Shown: positions 1 through 12,194 of the stretch, piece by piece | Numbering within the stretch: position 1 is the first letter of the stretch | Layout: each line of letters begins with the position of its first letter | NCBI GenBank assembly: GCA_051294375.1 | Contig: CM119267.1 | Location: forward strand, 5,817,992 to 5,881,991 | Length of the DNA stretch: 64,000 nucleotides | DNA from: Paraspadella gotoi | Taxonomy: Eukaryota; Animalia; Chaetognatha | Direction: 5' to 3' | The notes under the pieces: generated by a model | Seen by the model: only the letters and a program-made list of their open reading frames with translations | Database searches by the model: none | Told to the model about the DNA's origin: nothing | Translations under genes and position numbers: made by a program

Positions 1-440
1 TCCGCCGGGCCACGCGTCTCTTGCCCGAGGAGCAAATGAAGCAGATCCCTCCTCTCTGCCGCCCTATTCCGCTCATGTGGCCCAGAGAAATTGAAATTGT
101 CCGACTTGAAGAGAACGAACTCGCGCTGGTTTTTCCCGCGTACGAGTTTGACCGTCCCGTCCTCGACAGACGTCGACCTGACCGGACCCTTGGCCTTGGT
201 CTTCAGAACCAGTTTTTTGGGCCCCTTGAAGCCGATCGGGGATTCAGTTTTCTCGGCGACTTCATCCGTCGAAGGAGGAGAATTCTTTTTCGTCATCTTC
301 GTTGTAGGGTTTTCTTTGTCGGTGCCGTTTACATTATTGTTAAACTCCCGGCGAGATTTAGGAAAGACGAAATCGTCGTCGTCATCGTCGTCGTCATCGT
401 CTTTTGCGTTTAAAGGGACACTTCGCTTTGATCTTCTCAT
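1..440 (-). CDS. 5' part of an unidentified gene (MRRSKRSVPLNAKDDDDDDDDDFVFPKS...KEN...), running off the window edge
   Basis: Manual translation shows an open frame from ATG 440 to base 1. It is not in the ORF track because no stop lies in the window. The ATG directly follows a T-tract-CGTAG acceptor. Confidence 0.7.
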   Translation of the reverse strand, partial: MRRSKRSVPLNAKDDDDDDDDDDFVFPKSRREFNNNVNGTDKENPTTKMTKKNSPPSTDEVAEKTESPIGFKGPKKLVLKTKAKGPVRSTSVEDGTVKLVRGKNQREFVLFKSDNFNFSGPHERNRAAERRDLLHLLLGQETRGPA

Positions 441-685
441 CTACGAAAAAAAAAAGCAGAATGCGGTTGGCCGGTCGCATTTTTTTTAAACCGGAGCGCA
501 AACAAGCAAAAAAAATAATATATAAGGTTTCGGAAGATAAGCTGGAAGACAAAAGAAAAAAGCGTAGATATATTAGCGCCGGGGGAAATAGAGATGAGGC
601 GACTTTGAACCAGCAGCTCCGTCCCCCCTCGCGCTTCATCGTAAGAAAGACAATTGGTCTTCAACTTCGGATAGGCGAGGGATCG

Positions 686-1648
686 TCACACTTCCTTATC
701 GGGCCGCTTTATGGCCTTTTCCCACCGCCGGTGGTCGAAATCGGAGAGGTCTTCGAAATCGGCGAGGTACTTGAGGTACTGCGCCAGGAAAAGAAGCTCT
801 TTGTCCGAATCCCGGTTGAAGTGGGCGTTCCGGAACGGGCGGATCTTGAGACCGTTCTGAGGATTCATGAGAAAGTTGCGGCGCATGTCGTCGAACATGA
901 TTGTGTTGTTGGGTCCGAACTCTTCGAACTGGCCCCAAATGACGCCGAGTGGTTTGACCTCGATGACGCCGTACTTGGGCGAGTCTACGGTGATCATGGC
1001 GCCACTGTCGAGTACGAAACTGATGTGGAATCGTTCATTCTTCTCTAAGTTTAATTCCTGCATCTTGGCCTCGATCCACTTGAGGGACGTGGCGGACCAG
1101 ATTGCAATGTCGTAATCGGCGTAGGCCGACTCGAGGAAGTCATGGAGGAAGGGACGCATGAGGTCCCGCCCGGTCTCGCCGACCGATTTGTGATCGAAGA
1201 TGGTGTAGTCGATATCCAGCACCAGCAGCTTCTTGCCGGGCCTCGTCGGGTGACGCCGCTTGATGGAGTAGTCCTTGACGCGTTTGGCAACCTTCTCCAG
1301 AAAGACGTCGCAGTCTTTGACGGGGACTTCCTCGTCGTCGCCAATGTCGAAGTCGTCGACGACCTCGGGAAGAACCTCGGGAGGTTTGGTCGCCGCTGCG
1401 ATGGCCTCCTCCTTGGTGCCCATCATCATGATCTTGGCGCCGGCCTTGAGGTTGAGTTCGCGGATGAGGACGTCGTCCGTCGGGGTCTTCCCCTTCCATT
1501 TCAGCCCCAAGAGTTTTTGACGCAGAGGAAGGACGCCGGTGGCTTTGCAGATGAGGTTTTTTAAGTCGAGCACGGAGTCCGTGTCGGAAAGACCCTCGAC
1601 CGGATATTCTGTCCCACTCCATTTCACCACAAGATTCGTCATGTTCAT
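686..1648 (-). CDS. UBLCP1: Ubiquitin-like domain-containing CTD phosphatase 1, intronless
   Basis: N-terminal UBL domain (VKWSGTEY...TGVLPLRQKLLGLK...KIMMMGT) and HAD/FCP1 phosphatase motifs LVLDIDYT, IWSAT and FDDMRRNFLMNPQNGLKIRPF. Confidence 0.95.
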   Translation of the reverse strand: MNMTNLVVKWSGTEYPVEGLSDTDSVLDLKNLICKATGVLPLRQKLLGLKWKGKTPTDDVLIRELNLKAGAKIMMMGTKEEAIAAATKPPEVLPEVVDDFDIGDDEEVPVKDCDVFLEKVAKRVKDYSIKRRHPTRPGKKLLVLDIDYTIFDHKSVGETGRDLMRPFLHDFLESAYADYDIAIWSATSLKWIEAKMQELNLEKNERFHISFVLDSGAMITVDSPKYGVIEVKPLGVIWGQFEEFGPNNTIMFDDMRRNFLMNPQNGLKIRPFRNAHFNRDSDKELLFLAQYLKYLADFEDLSDFDHRRWEKAIKRPDKEV

Positions 1649-1924
1649 AGGAGATTTGAGGTTAAAAGTACGTTTCAGCAAGACGAGATTATTATTACAG
1701 AAAATTATTGGAAAATAATCGACGCATTATCCGAATAACACCACAAGCAAGTGATAAATACAATACAATTGTTTTCCCAAAGTTTTAGTCAGCGTTTTTT
1801 AAATTGACGTCTTCAGAGCACGACGGAATCGAATATCGTATCGATCTTATGTTTTTATTTCTTTTCGTCTACAATTCAATAAAGCAGTAATAATAAAAGA
1901 CTAGAGCCACGAGAAATTCCTTTA

Positions 1925-2813
<889 letters not shown>

Positions 2814-3365
2814 AGTTTTGTTTGTCTCGTTGGATCTCGTTTTAGTTGCTAATTCAAAAATAAAAGCGTCAAAATTGGGGAGAATATATAGATATAAGAA
2901 GCGAGAATATAAACTGGAGTACGGGTTACGTTTACATCGAAATTTTCAAGTCAACGTAGACTAACTAACGAGAAGAGATGACAGCAATGAGTGAGTTACT
3001 AAAAACGATTTATCACGACGAAAAAAAAATTTGGCAAGAAAATTCCACATACATATATTAGTCAAAAGTTTCAAGCTGTGAAATCCTAGCTCCCTCAAAA
3101 CCTTCTTGAGCCTTAATATGGCAGTGGATTTTATGTATCGTATCACTTTTCACAGCGCAGCTTGAAAAAACACAAAAGCTTAAAATTAAAAAAAAAACAT
3201 CAAAAACCATGGTAAGCATCCCAGACCCATGCAAAAAAATAATTCCACAGACGGGAGATAAAAAAAGAAAAAATGCTAAAAAACCTATTCTAATAAAAAA
3301 TAGAATAAAAAGGTAAAATGTAAAATTTGATGTTTCCACATAATCAGAATATATCTTGAAAATAT

Positions 3366-5180
3366 TCAGACCCATCTATTTTGCACGACTTCGTTGTAAG
3401 ATGGCGGAGGCGTTTCGGGGGGTGGAGTTTCCGGAGGAGGAATCTCCGGCGGAGGCGTGTCCGACAATTCGTAATTGATTTCCGGCACTGGTCCGCCCGG
3501 CAGTGCGACGAAATCGCTGTGTCCTGGATCGTAATAGGGCGCCGAGGGTCGGGAGAATCCCGGCGAATTTATCGGGGATCCTCGCGAGGACGACAAAGGC
3601 GTCCCGACTGGCGATTCCACCGGAGAAGTCGCTAGAGACTGAAACGGCGACGGATTCCGACTCAGCGAAAGATAATTTGGCGCTGGCGTCGCCAGCTGAG
3701 TCGTCGTCGTCGTCAAAACCTCCACTGGGACAAAGAACCAACTGTGGACGTCGACGGGATAATCGGGAGAGTTTTCGCGGTGAACGTATTTTGAGGAGAC
3801 GTCGGCGCTCGTCAACAGCGCGTAGCTCATGCGATTCATGGTGACCAACAGGTGCACGACGAGCGCCTTGCCATAGTATGGGGTGTAGTCCCAAACGGAA
3901 CCGTTGAGTTTCCATTCCATGGAGCGACCGTACTGCTGATATCGAGTGACGAGCCATTGATTCTGAATCGTCTCTTTGACGGCGTTGATGCAGGGGCCCG
4001 TCATATTTATGGCGCGAATTTTGTTCGTTTCGTTGAAGCTGAGGCAGGGAACGTTGACCACAACCGGCGCCCTGACGTTTTTGAAGATAAAGGTTGACTT
4101 GTCTTGAAGCTTTCTAGAAATGTCTGTGGCGCAGACGAGGCGCCACCCGAGGGCCAGCATAGCCTCTAGGATTTTACAAATGAGCACCCTCGACTCGACG
4201 GTCTCGTTGCCGTCCGTCCACCAGGGATTTCCCTTCATCTTGAAGTTGTGATGCTGACGGGTGAACCACTCGTCCTGCAAGCCGCGATGCCAGTGCTTCT
4301 TGATGACGCTCCGCAGCATCTCGACCACCCTGGCGAAGGCTTCGTTCTGGCGCCGGGATATGACCCGGAGTTGGTCGTTGGCGTTTAGGCCGAGGGTGAC
4401 GATGCCGTGCAACGTCTCCGTCTCGCCACTGAGCTCCTCCGGGTTGGCCGTGCGGAAAAAGTAGGTATCGGCGCTGGGCTTGGTGTTGAAGTTGATGAGG
4501 AGGTGGAGGTCGAGTTTGCGCATGTTCTCGATGATGGAGGCGATGGCGTCGCGCGCGGCGACGGAGAGGCCTTCGCTTACGTTGCCCCACGGCGTCATGT
4601 TGATTTTGATTTTAGCGAAGGGGATTCCGCGAATCGAGTCTTCAGAGTAATCTTGGATCGAGAGATTCGCCTCCACGGCGTCCTTGACCGCCTGCAGAAT
4701 GGGACGGTGATGCGTCATCACCTTGAGCTTGTCGAATCCGCTGATGCCCACGACGAGGATCTGCTGGGAAGGTGTGAGACGTCGCTGAGGGTTGTACTGC
4801 ATGAGGACGTTGGCGCAATCGCCCATCCGACGAAGGTCTGACGAGACGACCGGAAGCCAACCCTTGACGCCCAGGGCTGAGAGAATACGGGCCATTAGGA
4901 AGCGAGATCGAAGCGCCGTCTCGCTGTCCGTGTTCAAGCTGAAAAAGTATTCGTTCAGCACGATTTTATAGGCGTGCTCGAGCTTGGGTTTGTGATACTG
5001 AATGCCGCATATGCTGTGCGTTTCTATGGTGGAGACGATAGTCCGGATCACATCGGATGGAGCATACACCATATGAATAGTGCAGCCGTAAAGGGAAAAT
5101 ATAAAATAAGGGGAATACGGCTGATCAGGGTACGCGCTGGGGGGCGGCGGAGGAATCGGTACGCTCTCCTCGGCCCCCAT
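3366..5180 (-). CDS. Uncharacterised ~604-aa protein with ~4 internal repeats and Pro-rich termini
   Basis: Long ORF with coding-like composition. Repeated units (..IQ/LQ..K(I/M/L)xxxPW..L..GW..D.S), N-terminal MGAEES, C-terminal (PPPET)n followed by PPPSY. Confidence 0.8.
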   Translation of the reverse strand: MGAEESVPIPPPPPSAYPDQPYSPYFIFSLYGCTIHMVYAPSDVIRTIVSTIETHSICGIQYHKPKLEHAYKIVLNEYFFSLNTDSETALRSRFLMARILSALGVKGWLPVVSSDLRRMGDCANVLMQYNPQRRLTPSQQILVVGISGFDKLKVMTHHRPILQAVKDAVEANLSIQDYSEDSIRGIPFAKIKINMTPWGNVSEGLSVAARDAIASIIENMRKLDLHLLINFNTKPSADTYFFRTANPEELSGETETLHGIVTLGLNANDQLRVISRRQNEAFARVVEMLRSVIKKHWHRGLQDEWFTRQHHNFKMKGNPWWTDGNETVESRVLICKILEAMLALGWRLVCATDISRKLQDKSTFIFKNVRAPVVVNVPCLSFNETNKIRAINMTGPCINAVKETIQNQWLVTRYQQYGRSMEWKLNGSVWDYTPYYGKALVVHLLVTMNRMSYALLTSADVSSKYVHRENSPDYPVDVHSWFFVPVEVLTTTTTQLATPAPNYLSLSRNPSPFQSLATSPVESPVGTPLSSSRGSPINSPGFSRPSAPYYDPGHSDFVALPGGPVPEINYELSDTPPPEIPPPETPPPETPPPSYNEVVQNRWV

Positions 5181-5287
5181 TATTTCCGTTTTTTTTTTCT
5201 GCAAAAGTTAAACTAAAAAAATTTCATCAACAAATCTAGAGAAACAACAACAATAATGTTTACTTTTTATAATAAGTTTACAAAATG

Positions 5288-7145
5288 TCAATCATCATCT
5301 TGTCTCTTTCTCTTCGTTCCTTTTCCCTTTTCCAGGACATTAACCGCTTTCTCTTCCTCCTCCATCCACTTCATCCACGCGTCTCTTTTCATGATAAACT
5401 GTTCCAACCGAAAATTTCTCGCCACGAACTTTCCGTATCGATCCCCAGAGAGTCGGCCCAGATTCTTGCTCAACGTCTCCGCGACCTCTCGCTTGCTTTT
5501 GAGTGCGCAACGTTTCCACAGCGCATCGAGCACACGCGAACCGTGCACATCGGTCGCCATCTCGACAAGCGAGGAGCGCATGCGCGACGCCATCTTGACA
5601 ATGTCAGAAGCGTCGACGCCCTGCGAAGAGAACATCGCCTCGAAAACGTGAGATCCGCATGGATTCTTGGCAAAAACAATGAGATAGGCCGGCGACATTC
5701 GGACAAAGCACTCGGCGAGATCTCGAGGGTCTGAAAAAAGAAAGAGGCGCTGGAGGAGAAGCGAACCTTGGAGGGATACGCGTACAGGGCATATCTGTTT
5801 ATCGTCGGCGAAGATTTTGTCGAACGGAGTAAAGTCAGCGAGAAGAATGGCCAGCTTGATCCGACGCTCCGAGGGTTCGAGGCAACCCATCGACCTCATC
5901 AGCGCAGTCATGAACTCGCTCTCGTTCGATCGAAATTCCGCGCACTTCTCCGCGAAGAAGACGAGAACGGCCCGGTGCGGCGAGGCGACGAATCGTTCGA
6001 TCGAGACGAGGACTTCCGCGGCGACGAGATCGAAGAGACGCTTTGCCCGAATAGATCGGACGAAGCGCTGCAGCACGAAATTCGCCGAGGCACTCTCAGC
6101 CATAGCGGCAAGTCGACCGGAAAGCCGGCGTTTGTAGAGGAGACGAAGTTGCTTCTTTGTCATTGCGGCGACGATCTCTTCAGCGAGGCGGCAGACGGAG
6201 AAGTTCTCCAAAGAGGGCGGGACTCGATCCGGTGAGTCGGAATCGAAGATTCCGCAGTCCTTCGTCAATCGTCGACAAGCAGTTTGCGCCAAAGGAGACT
6301 TTTGGTTTTTGAGAGCCTTAAGCATGGCTTGCAAAACGGGTCCGGCAACGTCGCTACCAACCAGATCGGGCAATCCGAGTTCCAAGCATTTTTCGCCAAA
6401 CTTTTCAAGCATCGGTTTGTACTCGGCGGCGCGAGTGGCGTCAAGCGGCTTGAAATCCGTGCCGCCAATTGGCGTGCGGCGTTTCTCGCGAGTTCGCCAA
6501 GAGGAGTCACTGCGGGTGGCGGCGTCTCGCGCGTCGCAGCCGCCCAGCAGCAGCAGGAAGGCGCGGACGACGTGCGACGCGTAAGTCTCGAAAACGAAGT
6601 CTCTTAAATTTCCATAGGTGACGTTGAAGAGTTCGGTCACGAAGGTCGACATGGACTTCCGGTTCGTCGATTCCTCTGTTTCCGCATCTAACGATTCTGG
6701 TTAATGAAAAAAATAAAAATAAATAAAAAAATAAATAAAATGATTAATACCACGCTCCACCGGTGCTACCTGGCTGACCGTTTAAAAGCTCCGTGGCTCT
6801 GACGATGAGCGCCTGCATCACGTGACTGGCGAATCGATCCGTGCAGACGAGATGATAGTTTTCGGTGAATCCGAAGAGAAAGCGCTCAAGGGCGGGCCGT
6901 TCTGCGACATCGAGGAGCTGTTCGAGGATGCGGCTGATCGTCTGATTCCTCGCCAACTTTATTTCTTCCTTCTCCGTCTCCTTGAAGACGTTATGGGCAA
7001 AGGCGGACTTTTCCTCCTCGTCCTCGAACCCTTGGGCAAGTTGATCCGCGGCTCGGCGGAAGTAGAGCAGAGTTTTTTCCTCCACGAACCCGATTTTGCT
7101 CTTCGCATCCCTCTTTTTCTTTTTCTTTCCGTCAACCGTCCCCAT
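5288..7145 (-). CDS. NOP9: Nucleolar protein 9 (Pumilio-repeat 18S rRNA processing factor); 2 exons
   Basis: PUF-like repeat motifs typical of NOP9: SRILEQLL, DRFASHVMQAL, YASHVVRAF, SANFVLQ, GSHVFEAM, HGSRVLDALW and DRYGKFVARN. Confidence 0.9.
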
Positions 7146-7702
7146 TTTTTTTCTCCAAAAATTGGTCTCTGTTCTTAACAGCAAGAACTCAAATTTAAAA
7201 AAAAATACGGTCGTCAACAAGTAATAGTAACAATATTATATTTCTTCGTTGTATCTTCAGTCTAAGGGGGTAATAAGGTGGGCCAAAATTGAAGTTCTCT
7301 CGAATAAATTTGTTTTTTCCTTCTACTAGTAAATTGATACCCAATGTAAGTTTTTGAATTTGTTCATTGGGTTGTTACATTGAAGCTTTTTAATATTTAT
7401 TAATAAATAAAGATTATTAAAAAAGAAAATTTTAGTATTTTTAAAAATATAGTGATCTCGCCAGACGTTACTATCAAAGAAAATTCTGAAAAAAATCTTA
7501 AAAAATTATTTTACAATATGAAAAAGTCTTTTGTCCTTTAACAACCAAATTGACTTATGATGTTAGATTTTGATTAAATTCATTTTCCTCACACATGGAA
7601 GCATTTTAATATTTAACAATATATAAGAAATGCTTAAAATTTTTTTTTTAAAAATTAAAATTTTTAAAAATGGATTCTGATAAAGATTAAAAAGTTAAAT
7701 AA

Positions 7703-8148
7703 AGGGACCTGCTATGTCATTATCTTGTAAGAGTGATGGAGGCCTTAACCACCAAAGCCTGTCCAAAGTCAGGGGCAAGATAGCTTATTTATTAAATGAA
7801 TGGATAATTTTTATATTGGTTGTACCAATTTCATAAAATTCAGCTCCTTGTATTTTGATGCTAGTGCGGAGTACAATAAGTATTCCCCGATCTAATACTT
7901 AATGGAGTGGTCTTTTCATACAATAGAAACATTCTTTGAAATATTATACCACTTCATTGATAGCGAAGCCAGGTACTCTGGGGGTGATAAAACGAGACTG
8001 TGAGAGAGTCTTGATTGAAAGCTTGCAGGGACCTGCTATGTCATTATCTTGTAAGAGTGATGGAGGCCTTAAACCACCAAAGCCTGTCCAAAGTCAGGGG
8101 CAAGATAGCTTATTTATTAAATGAATGGATAATTTTTAATATGGTTGT
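7703..8148. repeat. Near-identical ~120-bp direct repeats (7703-7823 and 8027-8148) around a ~200-bp spacer
   Basis: AGGGACCTGCTATGTCATTATCTTGTAAGAGTGATGGAGGCC...GGTTGT occurs twice. Confidence 0.9.
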
Positions 8149-8430
8149 TCATAAAAGGTTAGTACTACAAATTTTAAAAATTTTAATGATAAAAGGGCTA
8201 AAATTTAAAAAACCTTAAAAAATTATCATCATCATTTAATAAATTTTATAGTTTTTGTTAATTTTCATAGATAAAACATTAAAATTTCCAAAAGTTATAA
8301 TAATATAACTGACTTCTTTTAGTTTGTAACCTGTTTCGCCTTAGTGCTCATCTACTCGATAAATCCTGAAACTATTTTTATTTTCTTATTGTCTAACAGT
8401 CCCTTAACCAGAATCTATTTGGGAGAACCT

Positions 8431-9195
8431 CTAGTTTTTAATTGGTTTCGCCTTAACAGGTATAAACATTTTGGCCATCTCTTCGTCTCTAAAATACTTA
8501 GATTTAGCTTGAACATAAAAGTAGTCTATCCCGTTCGGCTGGCGAACTCTGCTCCATCTATCGCCTTGATTTATCGCCGTCGGTCGAAAACTAATAATCC
8601 GGCGCAAGTAAACGACGTAGATCTGATTGGTTGAGCGATGGTGGTACATTCTTAAAGGTCTTCTAGACATGTTTATTCGGATCGTAAAAAATCCTAAGTA
8701 AAGTATCGCAATTGCGACGAAAACCCGTCCGGGGTTCACCGTTTGAAACGCACTGACACGTCGCCAAGGAAGACCCTCTTCGTCGATCTCCAAGTCGACC
8801 TCTCCGTCGCCGATCGAGTTTTGGCTCAAGTTTTCGTAGTTTTCGTTCTCCGCTTCCTTTTCTTTTACCGCTTCCCCTTCGTGCTCCGCTTCCTTTTCTT
8901 TCTCCGCTTCCTTTTCTCTACGTAATAGATAGAGTTCGAAGAAGACGGTACCGACTATTCCGATGGGATAATACAACCGATATAATAGAACCTGGACAGA
9001 GGCTCTGAAAGGGGGCACGAGGTAAATGAGTTCGCAGCCAAGGGCCCGTTTGTCTTTGACTCTGTAACTTTCTTGCATCTTCAAAAACTTAATATCGCGC
9101 TTCGGAAAACATCGGTTTCGAGTCGCCGGCGAAGAAAAGGGGCGAACGAGCGAGGGAGCCACGTAACGCGCGACGAAGCTGAGTGCCGAAGTCAT
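8431..9195 (-). CDS. Probable mitochondrial two-TM membrane protein (TMEM70/186/223-like)
   Basis: Arg/Ser-rich, acid-free N-terminus resembling a presequence; two hydrophobic segments followed by RRPLRMY. The family assignment is tentative. Confidence 0.5.
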   Translation of the reverse strand: MTSALSFVARYVAPSLVRPFSSPATRNRCFPKRDIKFLKMQESYRVKDKRALGCELIYLVPPFRASVQVLLYRLYYPIGIVGTVFFELYLLRREKEAEKEKEAEHEGEAVKEKEAENENYENLSQNSIGDGEVDLEIDEEGLPWRRVSAFQTVNPGRVFVAIAILYLGFFTIRINMSRRPLRMYHHRSTNQIYVVYLRRIISFRPTAINQGDRWSRVRQPNGIDYFYVQAKSKYFRDEEMAKMFIPVKAKPIKN

Positions 9196-9295
9196 TGTGG
9201 ACTTTGACAGAAACTACATGAAAAACACGAGCGAGCATATCTTTTGAAAAAAAGATCGAAATAGCGAGGCACTTCAAATTTCTCGTACTAAAAAT

Positions 9296-10369
9296 TCAAT
9301 TCCATCCTGACCATTCCAACGAAGTCACGATCAACTCGTCCTCCTCGTCAAGGGAACACAAGACGACCGTCTTTTTGACCGAAGTCCCGAGTCTGGCGAA
9401 AGTGACGACGTCTCGCGTCGACAACGTCTCCTCGTGATCCACGCAAACGACGACGTAAAAGGAGTGGTATCGTAGAGGGTCCCCTGGATACGCCAGAAAG
9501 TCTCCGCCGAACTTGGCTCCGTTAGTCAAAAAGTAACCGACTGACCAGAAGTGTTCGAAGGTTGCGCAGCGGAGTCGTTCGACCCGCGAGGACGGAAGTC
9601 GCCAACGCGCCGGTTCGAAGCGCGGCGCCGGGGAAGTCGAGGGATCCACAGTCGAAGGACAGGCGCAGGGCTTTCCACCTGGAGAATCGTCGACGCCGCG
9701 GACGAAGGGGTTCGAGTCGAAAGTCCGAACCATCGCGCGTTCTGTCGCGAGGGGGCGGATTCGACTCTTGACTTCTTCCAAGATGCGACGCCGATCCGAG
9801 GAATCCCGTTCATCCCCAGTATAGTTGTCTAAAGAAATTAAAATCATCCTAATTCCTCTCTTCACATATATTGCAAGCAACTTCCTTTCCCCCCCGCGCT
9901 TCTCCAATACCCGATGTTTGCCTCTTCCTCTTCCCCGCGACGATCCTATCAGCCACGGCGTCGATCTCATCCTCCCTCGACTTGGCCGCCGCCACAACCT
10001 GCGACGAATAACTCGATTCTAGGAACTCGTCGTGACGGCGCAGTTCCTCTTCCGTGCAATGACCTATTATTGAGCAAACATCGCCAATTTAAACAAACTA
10101 TTGGTTTAAGATAAACGCAAAAAACAAGATTATAACGACGCACCAGAAAAATTATCGAGGGGTTTGAACCGAACTAGTCCCTTCTTCAGTAAAAGAGTCG
10201 TTTCTTCTCTGGAAAGTTTCAAGGGAATTCCCAGGTGGGAGTTTTGATGGGAATGGGCGGGAAGGCATCCGATGAGCTCACCGACGATGCGGTGGGACTC
10301 GCGTAGTTGGGCGGCGTCGGCGGGGTTAAAAATTAGGGCGGAGTCTCCGATCAAAGTAAGTTCGATCAT
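9296..10369 (-). CDS. TSEN34: tRNA-splicing endonuclease catalytic subunit Sen34; 3 exons
   Basis: N-terminal LRESHRIVGELIGCLP...LGIPLKLSREE; catalytic region GYFLTNGAKFGGDFLAYPGDPLRYHS and RLGTSVKK. Confidence 0.93.
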
Positions 10370-11013
10370 TACTTTTTAGAAAATGCCTATGCGGATCGAG
10401 AAATAATTATCGTCGAAAACTTAATTGGCAAAAAAAAAAAAAAATTAGGTAGAGATTCAGGTTGGAATTTCCTCCAAATTAAAACCATCACAAACGTAAA
10501 AATAAAAAAAAACTTAAAAAAGTAATGATTGGACGAGATTGATGATATACATAAGTAGATGAGTAAATTATGTATATTTTTGAAAAAAAATATAAGGTTG
10601 ATTGTAAAATATCGTGCAAAAAAGAATACTATTTTATTTCGCCTACCAAATTTTGTTACATTTTACATAATGAAAGGAACGTAGAATTGTATTCAATTTT
10701 TATTTTTTTTGGTGGGTGGGACAAACTATTCTATCATGGCAAACCAAACAACGCGGTTTTTATTCAATAATATAGACCCTGCGATTTCAACATCTCGATC
10801 AAAAAGCAAACCGAAAATAAACTTTCTTCACGACTAGATTGATCAATATTTTTCTACTGAAACTACAAACTAGAATTAACAATGTCACGCATTTTTCTCT
10901 TAATCAGTACTCGTATTTAACCCCGTAACATCGTTCAGAAACTCTTCACACCATCCTGTCCCCACCCAGTCGAGGGATAGCTCAAGCTCAAGCCCGCCCG
11001 TTGTTGTTTATTC

Positions 11014-12154
11014 TCAATCGAAATCGATCATTTTGAGAAAATCGAACAAATGTTTGGGAATTCCCAACTGAGAAAAGTCGTGGCAATGCTGCAATTGATC
11101 TCGCAGGGCAAAGCGGACGGCGCGCCGAGCGAGTATCGCGAGCGAGGGCGCCTGCGTCTGCGTCAGACAAACGATGCAGCGGTGGGGCGGCGTGAAGTAG
11201 GCGCAGGGAGCTGCTTCGGAAGCGGCAGCGCGGGAACGTCGCAGCGGCGGAGGGATCAGGTTTTGGTTCTCCTGAAATTCCTCAGGAGGCGGAGGAGGGT
11301 GCGGGGCGATAAAGGGTTGAGGAGGGAGAACGCCGTTGACGGGGCCCATTGCGCCGAAGGGAAAGGGAAACGGGATGAGAGGGGGGTTCTGCGGAACACC
11401 GCCGACCGGATCAGCGGCGGGGGCAAGGGCGTGAGCGGCGGCATCGGCTTCGGCGGCGGCGGCTTCGAGTTGGACCTGTTCGTGTCGTCGCTTGAGGAGA
11501 GACAAGAGACGCGAATGTCGAGACGGGACGATCTGAGCGCCTGGAGATTGAAATCGTCAATTATTGACAACCAAAGGGATATAAATCAATCTAATTTCGA
11601 AAAACAAAACCAAATATTCACCCGCCAAATAAAGATAAGTGGCGACGTGAATATTTTTCGCCTCGAGTGCGTGATCCATCGGCGTCTTGGGTTCCGCCAA
11701 CGCCGCGGCAGTTTCCAACTCGCCGGGCGGAAGGTTAAACATCTCGACCGGAAGGGGAAAGGCGCCTCCTACAAAGGGATTGACGTGATCGCCGACGGAA
11801 CTCGGAAGAGGGCAGACCCGGCCGGAGGGAATATTGGGGTCGGCTCCGTGCTCCAGAAGCAAAAGGACCACCACGGAAACCTAGACACATTTTTAGGCAA
11901 GGTTGAAATTTGGATTGAAATTTGCCACCGCCGAGTATAGACCTTCAGATGCGAGTGCCAGTGCCTCTGCTTCAGGAGCATGCAGAGCGCGGTTTCCCCG
12001 CGGGAATTTCGAATATTCACGTCATAGTTTTTGGACAAAAGAGCTTTGATGAACAACGAGACCTGTAAAATGAGAGGGGGGATGTGAAAAAGACAAAGGG
12101 GAAAAAAAATATGGAACGCTTCACGAATTTGCGTGTCATCCTTGCGCAGGGGCC

Positions 12155-12194
<40 letters not shown>

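Noticed and set aside
8325-8358. Hammerhead-like string on the minus strand (TAGATGAGC...GCGAAACAGGT)
   Set aside because: The core lacks CUGA, and helices I-III do not form convincingly.
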